In this document: positions 5,655-15,332 of the stretch, one piece after another
Layout of the letters: every line of letters begins with the position of its first letter
Position numbering within the stretch: position 1 is the first letter of the stretch
DNA from: an uncultured Clostridia bacterium
Lineage (GTDB): Bacteria; Bacillota; Clostridia; Oscillospirales; Acutalibacteraceae
DNA: 26,890 bases
Reading direction: 5' to 3'
Assembly (NCBI GenBank): GCA_947623215.1
Contig: CANQGN010000001.1
Coordinates: 1-26,890, forward strand
Translations under genes and position numbers: made by a program
The notes under the pieces: generated by a model
What the model saw: the letters and a program-made list of their open reading frames with translations, nothing else
Database searches by the model: none
What the model was told of the DNA's origin: nothing

Positions 5655-7757
5655 ATGAACCTTTCAGCGGCGCGCAAAACGGCGGCAGCGCTGGTTGCGC
5701 AAATGACGGCGGAAGAAAAAATCGCCCAGCTGCAATACCAGGCGGAGGCTATTCCCCGGCTTGGCATACACGAGTACAACTGGTGGAACGAGGCCTGCCA
5801 CGGCGTGGCACGGGCGGGGGTGGCCACCGTTTTTCCCCAAACCATTGGGCTGGCGGCTACCTTTCACCCCGCGCTGGTGGGGGCGGTGGCGGGCGCCATT
5901 GGGGACGAAGCCCGGGCCAAATACAACGCCAGCGTGGCCTACGGCGACCGGGGCATTTACAAGGGGCTTACCTACTGGTCGCCCAACATCAACATTTTTC
6001 GCGACCCCCGCTGGGGCAGAGGACAGGAGACCTTTGGCGAAGACCCCTACCTTACCGCCACGCTGGGATGCGCCTACATTACCGGCTTGCAGGGCGAGGG
6101 CGACTTTTACAAAGCCGCCGCCTGCGCCAAGCATTTTGCGGTGCACTCCGGCCCCGAAAAGCTGCGGCACTCCTTTAACGCCGAGGTCAGCCAAAAAGAT
6201 TTGTTTGAGACCTATTTGCCGGCCTTTGAGCAGGCGGTTAAAAAAGCCGGGGTGGCGGGGGTCATGGGGGCCTACAACCGCACCAACGGCAAGCCCTGCT
6301 GCGCCAGCGAACCGCTGATAGCGGCAATTTTGCGGGAGCAGTGGCAGTTTAAGGGGTATTTTGTCTCAGACTGCGGGGCCATTGCCGACATTGCCGGCCC
6401 CCACGGCTATGCGGAAGATTTGCCCCACGCCGCCGCGGCGGCGCTGCGGGCGGGGTGCGACTTAAACTGCGGCGAAGCCTACGCCCATTTAACGGAAGCC
6501 TATGAGGCCGACTTAATAACCGACGACGACTTAACCCGGGCGGCCGAGCGGCTGTTTACCATTCGGGCGCTGCTGGGCGAGTTTGAGCAGCCCCGCCCTT
6601 ATGCCGACATACCCTACCAGACCCTTTGCTGCAAGGCCCACAAAGGCCTGAATTTACAGGCGGCGCAGCAAAGCTTGGTGCTCTTAAAAAACGAAGCGGA
6701 CTTTTTGCCGCTTGACCCGGCCAAAGCGGGAAGCGTCGCCGTGATTGGCCCCCATGCCCTTTCTACCCTGCCGCTGGAGGGCAACTACTACGGCCATGCG
6801 GACGAATATATTCCCTTAGCGGAGGGGATGCGCCGGGTGTTCGGGGCCAGCGAGATTCTGGTGGCGGACGGCTGCCAGGCAGATTCTGACCCCCGCCACC
6901 GCGAAGAGGGCTTTACCGACCTTGAAAGCGAGGCCATGGCCGCCGCCGCCCACGCGGAGGTAACGCTGCTCTGCCTGGGACTCAATCGCCATTTAGAGGG
7001 AGAAGACACCGGCGACGAAACCGACTACTCCGACCACGGCGACCGCAAAACCCTGCTGCTGCCCGCCCCCCAGCGCAAGCTGGCGGAGGCGCTGTGCGAC
7101 GTGTGCGAAAACCTGATTGTGGTCACCCTTGCCGGCAGCGGGGTAGATTTGGGCGAAAAGGTGCGCCGCCACGCCAAGGCCATTGTACACGGCTGGTACC
7201 CCGGGGCGCTGGGCGGGCTGGCGGTGGCCGGGCTGCTGGCGGGGCAGTTTTCTCCCTCCGGCAGGCTGCCGATTACCTTTTACCGGGCAGACTCTCCCCT
7301 GCCGCCCATGACAAACTACGCCATGGCGGGGCGCACCTACCGCTACCTTACGGAAGAACCGCTTTACCCCTTCGGCTACGGGCTTTCTTACGCCAAATTT
7401 CACTACAGCGAGTTTCAAATTCTCCGCCGCAGTGAAGAAGAAATCGCCGTGGCGGTTACGGTGCAAAACACAGGCGACATGCCCGCCCGCGAAACGGTGC
7501 AGCTTTACGCCCGCTATACCGACAGCCGCACCACCACCCCGCATTTTCAGCTTTGTGCGCTGGCGCCGGTAACGTTGCAGCCGGGCGAAGCGAGGCGGGT
7601 GGAAGCCGCCATAGACCGCTACTGGCTAAAGGCCGTGCTGGCAGACGGCCGCCGGGTAAACCCCAACGGCGGCATTACCCTGTTTGCCGGCGGCCACGCG
7701 CCGGACAAAACCAGCGAACGGCTGCTGCACAGTCATTGTTTAACGGCGGAAGTGTAA
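5655..7757 (+). CDS. Glycoside hydrolase family 3, beta-xylosidase/beta-glucosidase type, cytoplasmic
   Basis: WNEACHGV, WSPNINIFRDPRWGRGQETFGEDP, KHF, nucleophile motif VSDCGAI, C-terminal Fn3-like segment; no signal peptide. Confidence 0.95.
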   Translation: MNLSAARKTAAALVAQMTAEEKIAQLQYQAEAIPRLGIHEYNWWNEACHGVARAGVATVFPQTIGLAATFHPALVGAVAGAIGDEARAKYNASVAYGDRGIYKGLTYWSPNINIFRDPRWGRGQETFGEDPYLTATLGCAYITGLQGEGDFYKAAACAKHFAVHSGPEKLRHSFNAEVSQKDLFETYLPAFEQAVKKAGVAGVMGAYNRTNGKPCCASEPLIAAILREQWQFKGYFVSDCGAIADIAGPHGYAEDLPHAAAAALRAGCDLNCGEAYAHLTEAYEADLITDDDLTRAAERLFTIRALLGEFEQPRPYADIPYQTLCCKAHKGLNLQAAQQSLVLLKNEADFLPLDPAKAGSVAVIGPHALSTLPLEGNYYGHADEYIPLAEGMRRVFGASEILVADGCQADSDPRHREEGFTDLESEAMAAAAHAEVTLLCLGLNRHLEGEDTGDETDYSDHGDRKTLLLPAPQRKLAEALCDVCENLIVVTLAGSGVDLGEKVRRHAKAIVHGWYPGALGGLAVAGLLAGQFSPSGRLPITFYRADSPLPPMTNYAMAGRTYRYLTEEPLYPFGYGLSYAKFHYSEFQILRRSEEEIAVAVTVQNTGDMPARETVQLYARYTDSRTTTPHFQLCALAPVTLQPGEARRVEAAIDRYWLKAVLADGRRVNPNGGITLFAGGHAPDKTSERLLHSHCLTAEV

Positions 7758-7778
7758 AAAACAAGGGAGGGAAAGCGT

Positions 7779-9209
7779 ATGTATTTTATCGGCATTGACC
7801 TTGGCACCTCGTCGGTCAAACTGCTGTTGACCGACGAACACATGCACCCGGTGCGGCAAACTACCCGGTCGTACCCGCTCGACTTTTCGGCAGACGGCAA
7901 AAGCGAGCAAAACCCCGCCGACTGGTGGCGGGCGGTAAAAGAGGGGCTGCACGAGCTCACGGCAGGCCTCGCCCCCGGCGCGGTGGCGGCGGTGGGGGTG
8001 GGCGGCCAAATGCACGGGCTGGTGATGCTGGACGAACAGAACCGCGTAATACGCCCGGCCATACTGTGGAACGACGCCCGCACCGGCAAGCAAACCGACT
8101 ACTTAAACCAAACGGTGGGAAAAACAACCTTGCAGCGGCTGACCGGCAACATTGCCTTTGCGGGGTTTACCGCCACCAAGCTGCTGTGGGTAAAAGAGCA
8201 CGAACCACAGCATTTTGCCCGGTGCGCCAAAATTTGCCTGCCGAAGGATTACGTTAACTACATGCTCACCGGCGTTTGGGCGACGGACGTAAGCGACGCC
8301 TCCGGTACGCTGCTGTTTGACGTTTCACACCGCCGCTGGTCGGCTGAAATGCTGCAAATTTGCGGCCTTTCGCCCGAACTGCTGCCCCCCGTTTATGAAA
8401 GCGCGGCCCCCATTGGCACCCTAAAGCCGGAGCTGGGGCTGGGAGAAGGCGTACTCGTTTGCGCCGGCGCGGGCGACAACGCCGCCGCGGCTATTGGCAC
8501 CGCCACCGTGCGCGCCGGGCAGTGCAACCTTTCGCTCGGCACCAGCGGCACGGTGTTTGTGCCGACCGACGAATTTGTAAAGCCAGAGAACCCCGCGTTG
8601 CACTCTTTTTGCCATGCCAACGGCAAGTACCACCTAATGGGCTGCATTCTCTCGGCCGCCAGCGCCAACAAATGGCTGGTCGAAACCGTTTTTGAGACTG
8701 CCGACTATACCAAATACGCCCCGGCACTCACCGAGCAGCGGGCGAGCGGCTCCGTTTACTTTATGCCCTACCTTGCGGGCGAGCGCTGCCCGCATAACGA
8801 CGCGGCGGTGCGCGGCGGGTTTGTGGGGCTGTCGCTCAGCACGGGGCGGGCAGAGCTGCAAACCGCCCTGTTAGAGGGGGTTTCGTTTGCCATAAAAGAC
8901 TGCGTTCGGCTGATTCCCGGTGGCATTCAAGCCGCCACCGTTTGCGGCGGCGGGGCCAAAAGCGAGCTGTGGGTGCATATTCTCGCCAACGTGCTGGAAA
9001 CGGAAATCAGCGTGATACAAAGCGAAGGCCCCGCGCTGGGCGCCGCCGTTTTGGCGGCCGGGGCGGCGGGCTTCCAGCCTCTGGTGCGCCCGGCCATTGT
9101 AAAAACCGCTCAGCCCAGCGCCTCTATTGCGGCCATTTACCGGCAAAAGTATGCCAAATTCCGCACCCTATACCCCGCGCTAAAATATTTTTATAAGGAG
9201 GAAGCGTAA
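7779..9209 (+). CDS. xylB: Xylulokinase (FGGY family)
   Basis: GIDLGTSSVK, GQMHGLV, ILWNDAR, D.SDASGTLLFD, GAGDNAAAAIG, PYLAGERCP, GGGAKS. Confidence 0.92.
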   Translation: MYFIGIDLGTSSVKLLLTDEHMHPVRQTTRSYPLDFSADGKSEQNPADWWRAVKEGLHELTAGLAPGAVAAVGVGGQMHGLVMLDEQNRVIRPAILWNDARTGKQTDYLNQTVGKTTLQRLTGNIAFAGFTATKLLWVKEHEPQHFARCAKICLPKDYVNYMLTGVWATDVSDASGTLLFDVSHRRWSAEMLQICGLSPELLPPVYESAAPIGTLKPELGLGEGVLVCAGAGDNAAAAIGTATVRAGQCNLSLGTSGTVFVPTDEFVKPENPALHSFCHANGKYHLMGCILSAASANKWLVETVFETADYTKYAPALTEQRASGSVYFMPYLAGERCPHNDAAVRGGFVGLSLSTGRAELQTALLEGVSFAIKDCVRLIPGGIQAATVCGGGAKSELWVHILANVLETEISVIQSEGPALGAAVLAAGAAGFQPLVRPAIVKTAQPSASIAAIYRQKYAKFRTLYPALKYFYKEEA

Positions 9210-10700
9210 ATGACATTCCAAAACATTCCGGAAGTGAAACTGGGCCTGGTTGCGGTATCGCGCGACTGTTTTCCCGTGGCTTTAAGCGAAACACGCCGCC
9301 ATGCGGTGGCGGCGGCCTACCCCGGCGAGCTGTATGAGTGCCCGGTAACGGTAGAAAACGAAGCGGATATGCAAAAGGCGGTAGCAGACGTCGCCCGCGC
9401 CGGCTGCAACGCGCTGGTGGTGTTTTTGGGCAATTTTGGCCCCGAAACCCCCGAAACCCTGCTGGCGAAGCAGTTTCACGGCCCCTGCATGTTTGTGGCC
9501 GCCGCCGAAGAAAGCGCGGCCGACCTGATAAACGGCCGGGGCGACGCCTACTGCGGTATGCTCAACTGCTCTTACAATTTGGGGCTGCGGCGGCTGCGGG
9601 CGTATATTCCCGACTACCCCGTGGGCACGGCGGAGGAAGTCGCAACCATGATTGCCCGCTTTGTGCCCGTCACCCGGGCGATGATTGGCCTAAGCGGGCT
9701 GAAAATCCTCTCCTTCGGCCCCCGCCCGCAGGACTTTTTTGCCTGCAACGCCCCCATAAAGGGGCTGTATGAGCTGGGGGTAGAAATAGAAGAAAACAGC
9801 GAGCTGGATTTACTGGTCGCCTACAAAGCCCACCAGGGCGACCCCCGCATTCCGGCGGTCATGCGGGACATGGCGGCAGAAATGGGCGAAGGGCGCTATT
9901 ACCCCGACCTAAACGAGCGCATGGCCCAGTACGAGCTGACGCTGCTGGACTGGGCAAACGAGCACAAGGGCAACAGAGGCTATGTGGCCTTTGCCAACAA
10001 GTGCTGGCCCGCCTTCCCCAGCCAATTTGGGTTTGAACCCTGCTACGTCAACGCCCGGCTGGCCGCGCGGGGCATACCGGTGGCCTGCGAGGTCGATATT
10101 TACGGTGCGCTGAGCGAATACATCGGCGCCTGCGTAAGCGAAGACGCCGTCACCATTTTGGATATTAACAATTCCGTGCCGCAGGATATGTATGAGGCTG
10201 CCATTCGGCCCGCCGGCATATACAAACTCACCGACCTCTTTATGGGCTTTCACTGCGGCAACACCCCCAGCTGTAAAATGTGCAGCGAGCGGGCCATCAA
10301 ATACCAGCTCATTCAGCACCGGGTGCTGGAACCCGCCGGCAGCCAGCCGGACATCAGCCGCGGCACGCTGGAGGGCGACATTGCCCCGGGCGACGTTACC
10401 CTCTTTCGCCTGCAATGCGACAGCGAGGGCACGCTGCGCTCGTACATTGCGCAGGGCGAGGTGCTACAGGTGCCCACCCGCTCGTTCGGCGGCATTGGCG
10501 TGTTCGCCATACCGGAGATGGGGCGCTTTTACCGCCACGTGCTCATCGCAAAGCATTTTCCGCACCACGGCGCCGTGGCCTTCGGCCACTACGGCAAAGC
10601 CATTGCGGAGGTTTTGCGCTATTTGGGCGTTGAGGACATTTCCTATAACCGCCCCGCCGCCCTCCCCTACCCGGACGAACTGCCCTTTGCGTTTGAGTAA
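9210..10700 (+). CDS. L-fucose/L-arabinose-isomerase-like protein; candidate alternative xylose isomerase (XylA-II type)
   Basis: KLGLVAVSRDCFP, GNFGPE, RGDAYCG.LN, CE.DIYGA, GFHCGN, HH.AV. Starts 1 nt after xylB with an AAGGAGG RBS. Confidence 0.8.
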   Translation: MTFQNIPEVKLGLVAVSRDCFPVALSETRRHAVAAAYPGELYECPVTVENEADMQKAVADVARAGCNALVVFLGNFGPETPETLLAKQFHGPCMFVAAAEESAADLINGRGDAYCGMLNCSYNLGLRRLRAYIPDYPVGTAEEVATMIARFVPVTRAMIGLSGLKILSFGPRPQDFFACNAPIKGLYELGVEIEENSELDLLVAYKAHQGDPRIPAVMRDMAAEMGEGRYYPDLNERMAQYELTLLDWANEHKGNRGYVAFANKCWPAFPSQFGFEPCYVNARLAARGIPVACEVDIYGALSEYIGACVSEDAVTILDINNSVPQDMYEAAIRPAGIYKLTDLFMGFHCGNTPSCKMCSERAIKYQLIQHRVLEPAGSQPDISRGTLEGDIAPGDVTLFRLQCDSEGTLRSYIAQGEVLQVPTRSFGGIGVFAIPEMGRFYRHVLIAKHFPHHGAVAFGHYGKAIAEVLRYLGVEDISYNRPAALPYPDELPFAFE

Positions 10701-10706
10701 AAGGAT

Positions 10707-10822
10707 TGAGCCCCCAAGGGCGCGTTGAAAACCGCAAAATGAGCGCCGCGCGCAGCCCGTTTCATCCGTTGCGCGCGGCGTTTTACGCCGCAAAAACGCG
10801 CCAGTCCCCTTTTTGGGACTCA
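10707..10822. repeat. Nested GC-rich palindrome (REP/MITE-like or terminator)
   Basis: Arms TGAGCCCC/GGGACTCA (outer), GGCGCGTT 10719-10726 / AACGCGCC 10795-10802, CGCCGCGCGCA 10744-10754 / TGCGCGCGGCG 10770-10780. Confidence 0.65.
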
Positions 10823-10828
10823 TAGCGG

Positions 10829-10857
10829 TTGACAAACGACGGGCGCTTCGGTATAAT
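10829..10857 (+). promoter_or_regulatory. Consensus sigma-A promoter of the R-M operon
   Basis: TTGACA 10829-10834, 17 bp, TATAAT 10852-10857. Confidence 0.9.
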
Positions 10858-10863
10858 AAAAAC

Positions 10864-10898
10864 GCCGATATTTCGGCGCTGAGCAACGAGATATCGGC
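10864..10898. promoter_or_regulatory. Putative operator for the downstream HTH protein
   Basis: Inverted repeat GCCGATAT (10864-10871) / ATATCGGC (10891-10898) just 3' of the -10 box. Confidence 0.5.
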
Positions 10899-10935
10899 AC
10901 GGCAACGGGCAATCAGGCTGCAAGAGGTGTTTTCA

Positions 10936-11133
10936 TTGGTCTCATACGACAAATTGTGGAAAAAGCTCATCGACTGTAAAATGAAAAAGAAGGACTTAAA
11001 AAACGCGGCGGGGGTCGGTTCTACCACCATGTCGAAATTGACGAACAACGAACCCGTCTCCATGTCGGTAATGATTAAAATCTGTCTTGCCCTGCAATGC
11101 AACATTGGCGAGATAATGGACGTTGTATTATGA
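10936..11133 (+). CDS. Cro/C1-type HTH protein (controller-like) heading the R-M operon
   Basis: GAGGTG RBS favours TTG 10936. VSYDKLWKKLID..MKK.DL...AGVG.TTMSKL...E.VSM....KIC.AL.C.IG.IM is the HTH_26-like pattern. Confidence 0.85.
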   Translation: MVSYDKLWKKLIDCKMKKKDLKNAAGVGSTTMSKLTNNEPVSMSVMIKICLALQCNIGEIMDVVL

Positions 11134-12197
11134 GCTGTACTACGCTGAAGTGCCTTTCCCTTTTTTCCGGCGCGGGAATCGGCGAAACGTATTTTCGGGA
11201 TATTGGCGTCGACGTTGTCGTCGCCAACGAATTACTCGAGCGCAGAGCGAACTTATATCAAGCCGTTCACCCGGAAACAACCGTCGTTTGCGGTGATATT
11301 ACGGACGAATCCGTTTTTCAGCAAATCGTGCGTTCCTGCCCCCCAAAAGTCGATTTTCTTTTAGCATCGCCGCCCTGCCAGGGCATGAGCGTGGCGGGGA
11401 AAAACCGTTGCCAAAAAACCATGGAGTCGGACAAGCGCAACTATTTAATCACCTACGTGGTAAAGGCGATTCAATTGACCGACCCCACCTACGTGCTGAT
11501 TGAAAACGTTCCCGCTCTTTTAAAATTACAATTGGCGTATGACGCAAAATACCGAACGGTGCTTGAAATATTGCAGCACGAATTCGGCGACGACTACGTC
11601 ATCGACAGCGACGTTGTAGATTCGGCCGACTACGGCGTTCCCCAAACAAGGCTGAGAGCGATTATTAAAATGCACAAGCCCGGAACCGTATGGAATTGGC
11701 CCCCCAAAAAGGCGGAAAAGATAACGGTTGAACAGGCCATAGGGCATTTGCCCTCTTTAGAAGCGGGTGAAAAGTCGGATATTCGGTGGCATTTTGCGCG
11801 TAACCACACAAAAGAAAACGTCTTGTGGATGAAGCACACGCCTACGGGGCAATCCGCTTTTTCCAATCCGGTCTACTATCCTCAAAAAAAAGACGGAACG
11901 CGCATAAAAGGATACAATTCCTCCTATCGCAGAATGCGGTGGGACGCGCCCGCGCCGACCATTACCATACGAAACGACTGCATTGCTTCTCAACGAAACG
12001 TGCACCCCGGCAGGCTGCTGCCCGACGGCACCTATTCCGACGCCCGCGTATTAACCCCCCTGGAATTGATGCTGCTCGACTCGCTGCCCGCCAACTGGAA
12101 CATTCCGGACGATACGCCCGAATTGTTAATCAGGCAATGTATAGGCGAGTCGATTCCGCCGCTTATGCTCAAAGAAATGGTAAGAGGGATTTTATAA
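11130..12197 (+). CDS. DNA (cytosine-5) methyltransferase 1, M1.HgaI-like
   Basis: Motifs I (LFSGAGIG), IV (SPPCQG), VI (ENV), VIII (QTRLR). ATGA overlap with the HTH gene sets the start at 11130. HgaI similarity is from recall. Confidence 0.93.
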   Translation: MSCTTLKCLSLFSGAGIGETYFRDIGVDVVVANELLERRANLYQAVHPETTVVCGDITDESVFQQIVRSCPPKVDFLLASPPCQGMSVAGKNRCQKTMESDKRNYLITYVVKAIQLTDPTYVLIENVPALLKLQLAYDAKYRTVLEILQHEFGDDYVIDSDVVDSADYGVPQTRLRAIIKMHKPGTVWNWPPKKAEKITVEQAIGHLPSLEAGEKSDIRWHFARNHTKENVLWMKHTPTGQSAFSNPVYYPQKKDGTRIKGYNSSYRRMRWDAPAPTITIRNDCIASQRNVHPGRLLPDGTYSDARVLTPLELMLLDSLPANWNIPDDTPELLIRQCIGESIPPLMLKEMVRGIL

Positions 12198-13261
12198 TGG
12201 ACGCAATAAAGGCGATTTCTCTTTTTTCCAGCGCCGGAATAGGCGAGCTGCTGCTGAACAATGCGAACGTACAGGTGGTAGCCGCCAACGAGCTTTTGCC
12301 CAAGCGGGCGGAATGCTACTCGCATTTTTTCCCCGATGCGGCCATGTACTGCGGCGATATTAGGGCAAACGAAACGCAGGAGCAGATTGTTGCGGCGGCA
12401 AAACAAACCGGCGCTAAACTGTTGATTGCGACGCCCCCCTGCCAGGGCCTGAGCACGCTGGGAAAAAACAAAAAACAAATCCATTACCAAAAAGACAAAC
12501 GAAATTATCTTATTCTTTCGGCGTTGGATATTGTAGACCGCTGCGACTTTGATTACGTTTTAATTGAAAACGTTCCGACCTTTTTGGATATGGTATTTCC
12601 CTATGCCGACGATACCTTTCGGCTGGAAGAAATTTTAAAACAAAAATATTCAACACGATACGTCATTGAAGCAAGAGTATTAAACGCAAAGGATTACGGT
12701 ATTTGTCAATCTCGCCCCCGCGCAATCGTTAAGATGTATAAGCCAAACAAAAAATGGCCGTGGCCGTCGGAGGAACCGGAAATCACGCTGCGGGAAGCTA
12801 TCGGGTCTTTGCCGTCTTTGGAATCGGGCGAATCGTCGGATATTCCCTGGCATTTTGCAAAGCGGCACAACGAACGCGCCGTTTTGGCTCTTAAACATAC
12901 CCCAACGGGCAAAAGCGCGATTGCAAACGAAGTATATTACCCTAAAAAAGAAGACGGAACGCGAATTAAAGGATTTCATAATACCTTTAAACGAATGGAC
13001 TGGGATCAGCCCTGCCCCGCCAGAACAACCTTTAGCGGCAGCATGAGTTCGCACAACAACGTGCATCCAGGGCGGTTGCTGCCGGACGGAACCTATTCCG
13101 ACGCGAGAGTTCTTACTTTGCTGGAGACGTTTATCGTCTCGTCCATCCCGCAGGATATTGATTTCCCGGACGGTTCGACCGATACCTTCATCAGAACGGT
13201 CATCGGCGAGTCAATTCCGCCCAAGCTGATGATGAAGGTACTGGAAACCATAGGAAAGTAG
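12197..13261 (+). CDS. DNA (cytosine-5) methyltransferase 2, M2.HgaI-like
   Basis: LFSSAGIG, TPPCQG, ENV, QSRPR. Paralogous to MTase 1 (shared NVHPGRLLPDGTYSDARVLT). True start 12197 by TAATG overlap. Confidence 0.93.
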   Translation: MDAIKAISLFSSAGIGELLLNNANVQVVAANELLPKRAECYSHFFPDAAMYCGDIRANETQEQIVAAAKQTGAKLLIATPPCQGLSTLGKNKKQIHYQKDKRNYLILSALDIVDRCDFDYVLIENVPTFLDMVFPYADDTFRLEEILKQKYSTRYVIEARVLNAKDYGICQSRPRAIVKMYKPNKKWPWPSEEPEITLREAIGSLPSLESGESSDIPWHFAKRHNERAVLALKHTPTGKSAIANEVYYPKKEDGTRIKGFHNTFKRMDWDQPCPARTTFSGSMSSHNNVHPGRLLPDGTYSDARVLTLLETFIVSSIPQDIDFPDGSTDTFIRTVIGESIPPKLMMKVLETIGK

Positions 13262-13269
13262 GCGACGTT

Positions 13270-14730
13270 ATGCCGAGAACGGTAGAAAGAGATAAATGGA
13301 TTTTATACAAGCATACTTCAAGCTATGAACTCATAAAAGCCGTTGCATTGGACGTAAAAAACAGCTGCCAAGCGGATATTTCGGAAGCAGAACGCGAAAG
13401 AATGCAGGAGCGGCTGGCCGCCCTGAATCTTTACAAAGCCAGAAACCCCGACAAAAAGCCGCTTGATTCGATCGACCACAGAATCAATACGTTAGAGTTC
13501 TATATGTTTGGATATGAAGACGACGCGGCGGGCAAGCGGTTTATCTTCAGCCCGCTGGGCAATTTGTTTTTAAAGCATATCAACAACGAGGATAATCTGA
13601 GAAAAATATTTACAACCATGCTCTACGCCGTGCAGTTTCAACACCCGGCAAGCGGAACCGACAAGCGGTTTCAGCTCTATCCCTTTCGGCTCATTTTTCA
13701 ATTGCTGACGGACGAGCGGTTAAACGGAAGGCTGTATTATTCCGAATACGCATTGCTTGTCGCTTTTGTTCGTTCTATTAACGACGAGCAGTATGAAGAA
13801 TTGGTTAAAAAAATACTGGAATTAAGAGAAAAGTCCGATGAAGAAATTGCAAAGCTCTATCAAGAGGACGAGCACGCCTACGTAAACGCCGTTTACGAAT
13901 GGGAGTATTACGCCTGCAAGCTATTGTCTTCCGTCGGCATTTTAGACCGAACGAAAGGCGACCCCATTTGCAAGCTGTATCACCCCGCAAAGCCGGGCAG
14001 CCGCAGCAAGCCGACCGGCCGAACCGCAAGAAACGGCTACGTTTCGTTAAACAATGCCGTAAAAGAGTTTGTGCAATTGCTGTTAAACAGATATTCTTAT
14101 GCGCAGCCCCCGTTAAAGTTAGACGATCCCGAAAGAATGACGTTAGACGTTGTAAAAGAAATCTACAGCTTTTATCCGCCGGAGTTAATGAACGAAATCG
14201 GCGAAACCGTCGCGCTGTCGTCGTTGTTAGAGCTGCCGAAGCTGATTGAAAAATACGCAAACAACCCCGACAACGAGACCGCTTATTTGTTTGAAGAAGT
14301 GCTGGACGAGGGCTTTCGCATGTTTTATAACGTAGAAACCAAACGAATAGGCGGCGCGGGGCATACGGATATTGAGTGTTTGTACTTGCCAAAACGGAAG
14401 AAATTTGCCGTTGAATCCAAGTCTACCGCAAACAAGCTAAGCGGCATAAACGTCGGCAGACTGCGGGAACACCGGGAAGAAATCGGCGGCGCGTATACCA
14501 TTGTTATTACGCCGCGCTACGTACCCGCAGCCAAAAGGGATATAAAAGGAGCTCCCATTGTCATTATTTTGGCAAGCACCTTTGCCGAATATCTTTACAA
14601 CCATATTTTTCACGACGTAAGAGAAGTAGATTACGCTGACTTTGACGATATCATCACGGAACATCTCGGCGAGGACGTAAGCAAATTGATTTCCGACAAA
14701 ACGATGGCAAAATTTGCGACGAATAATTAG
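13270..14730 (+). CDS. Type IIS restriction endonuclease, HgaI-like (486 aa)
   Basis: Follows two m5C MTases, the layout for asymmetric sites. C-terminal TDIECL...AVESKS is a PD-(D/E)XK-type motif. Confidence 0.75.
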   Translation: MPRTVERDKWILYKHTSSYELIKAVALDVKNSCQADISEAERERMQERLAALNLYKARNPDKKPLDSIDHRINTLEFYMFGYEDDAAGKRFIFSPLGNLFLKHINNEDNLRKIFTTMLYAVQFQHPASGTDKRFQLYPFRLIFQLLTDERLNGRLYYSEYALLVAFVRSINDEQYEELVKKILELREKSDEEIAKLYQEDEHAYVNAVYEWEYYACKLLSSVGILDRTKGDPICKLYHPAKPGSRSKPTGRTARNGYVSLNNAVKEFVQLLLNRYSYAQPPLKLDDPERMTLDVVKEIYSFYPPELMNEIGETVALSSLLELPKLIEKYANNPDNETAYLFEEVLDEGFRMFYNVETKRIGGAGHTDIECLYLPKRKKFAVESKSTANKLSGINVGRLREHREEIGGAYTIVITPRYVPAAKRDIKGAPIVIILASTFAEYLYNHIFHDVREVDYADFDDIITEHLGEDVSKLISDKTMAKFATNN

Positions 14731-14732
14731 AT

Positions 14733-15143
14733 ATGGCTGATGTATTTGACGCGCAAAAACGCTCCGCCATTATGCGCAGCATCCGCTCGAAAAACAATAA
14801 AACAACCGAACTGGCGCTTATAAAATGGTTGAAAGCTAACGGCATAACCGGCTGGCGGCGAAACTATCCCGTAAAAGGGCGCCCGGATTTTGTGTTTCAC
14901 AAGCAAAAAACGGCGGTTTTTGTAGACGGTTGCTTTTGGCACGGCCACGATTGCAGAAATACGCATCCTTCCGACCATTCCGAATATTGGCAAAAAAAGC
15001 GCGAATGGAATATGTTGCATGATAAAGAAGTGACGGCATATTTTAAAAATCGCGGCTGGACGGTCATTCGCGTGTGGGAATGCGAATTAAAAAACAAAAA
15101 CCGGGCCATTCTTGCTGAAAAACTGCGCCCGTTGCTAAAATGA
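14733..15143 (+). CDS. vsr: Very short patch repair endonuclease
   Basis: MADVF...KRS.IMRSIRSK, PDFVF, FVDGCFWHGH, GW.VIRVWEC; adjacent to m5C MTases. Confidence 0.93.
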   Translation: MADVFDAQKRSAIMRSIRSKNNKTTELALIKWLKANGITGWRRNYPVKGRPDFVFHKQKTAVFVDGCFWHGHDCRNTHPSDHSEYWQKKREWNMLHDKEVTAYFKNRGWTVIRVWECELKNKNRAILAEKLRPLLK

Positions 15144-15266
15144 CTACGTTAAAAAATTGAAAAGCGGATGCAACCGAAACCTTTGCACGCTCCATTCAAA
15201 AAGAAAACGGCGCATGGCGGTTAGCGGACAACGTCTACTGATTTGCGACTTACCCTACAAAATGGA

Positions 15267-15304
15267 AAAACAGCTGCCGGGGGCGGTAATCCGGCAGCTG
15301 TTTT
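15267..15304. terminator. Bidirectional intrinsic terminator
   Basis: Perfect 14-bp arms AAAACAGCTGCCGG / CCGGCAGCTGTTTT between convergent genes. Confidence 0.85.
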
Positions 15305-15332
15305 GTTTGTCTTTATCTTTCTTTATCTATCT

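Noticed and set aside
11825-12196. 124-codon N-terminal extension of MTase 2 in the ORF track
   Set aside because: It overlaps MTase 1 in another frame; motif I begins right after ATG 12197, which overlaps the MTase 1 stop. Track starts at 2940, 10813, 11097, 16223 and 16283 were shortened for similar RBS or overlap reasons.
10821-15222. CATAGCGGTT (10821-10830) vs CATGGCGGTT (15213-15222) as target duplication of the R-M module
   Set aside because: A 9/10 match is too short to separate from chance without an empty-site genome.
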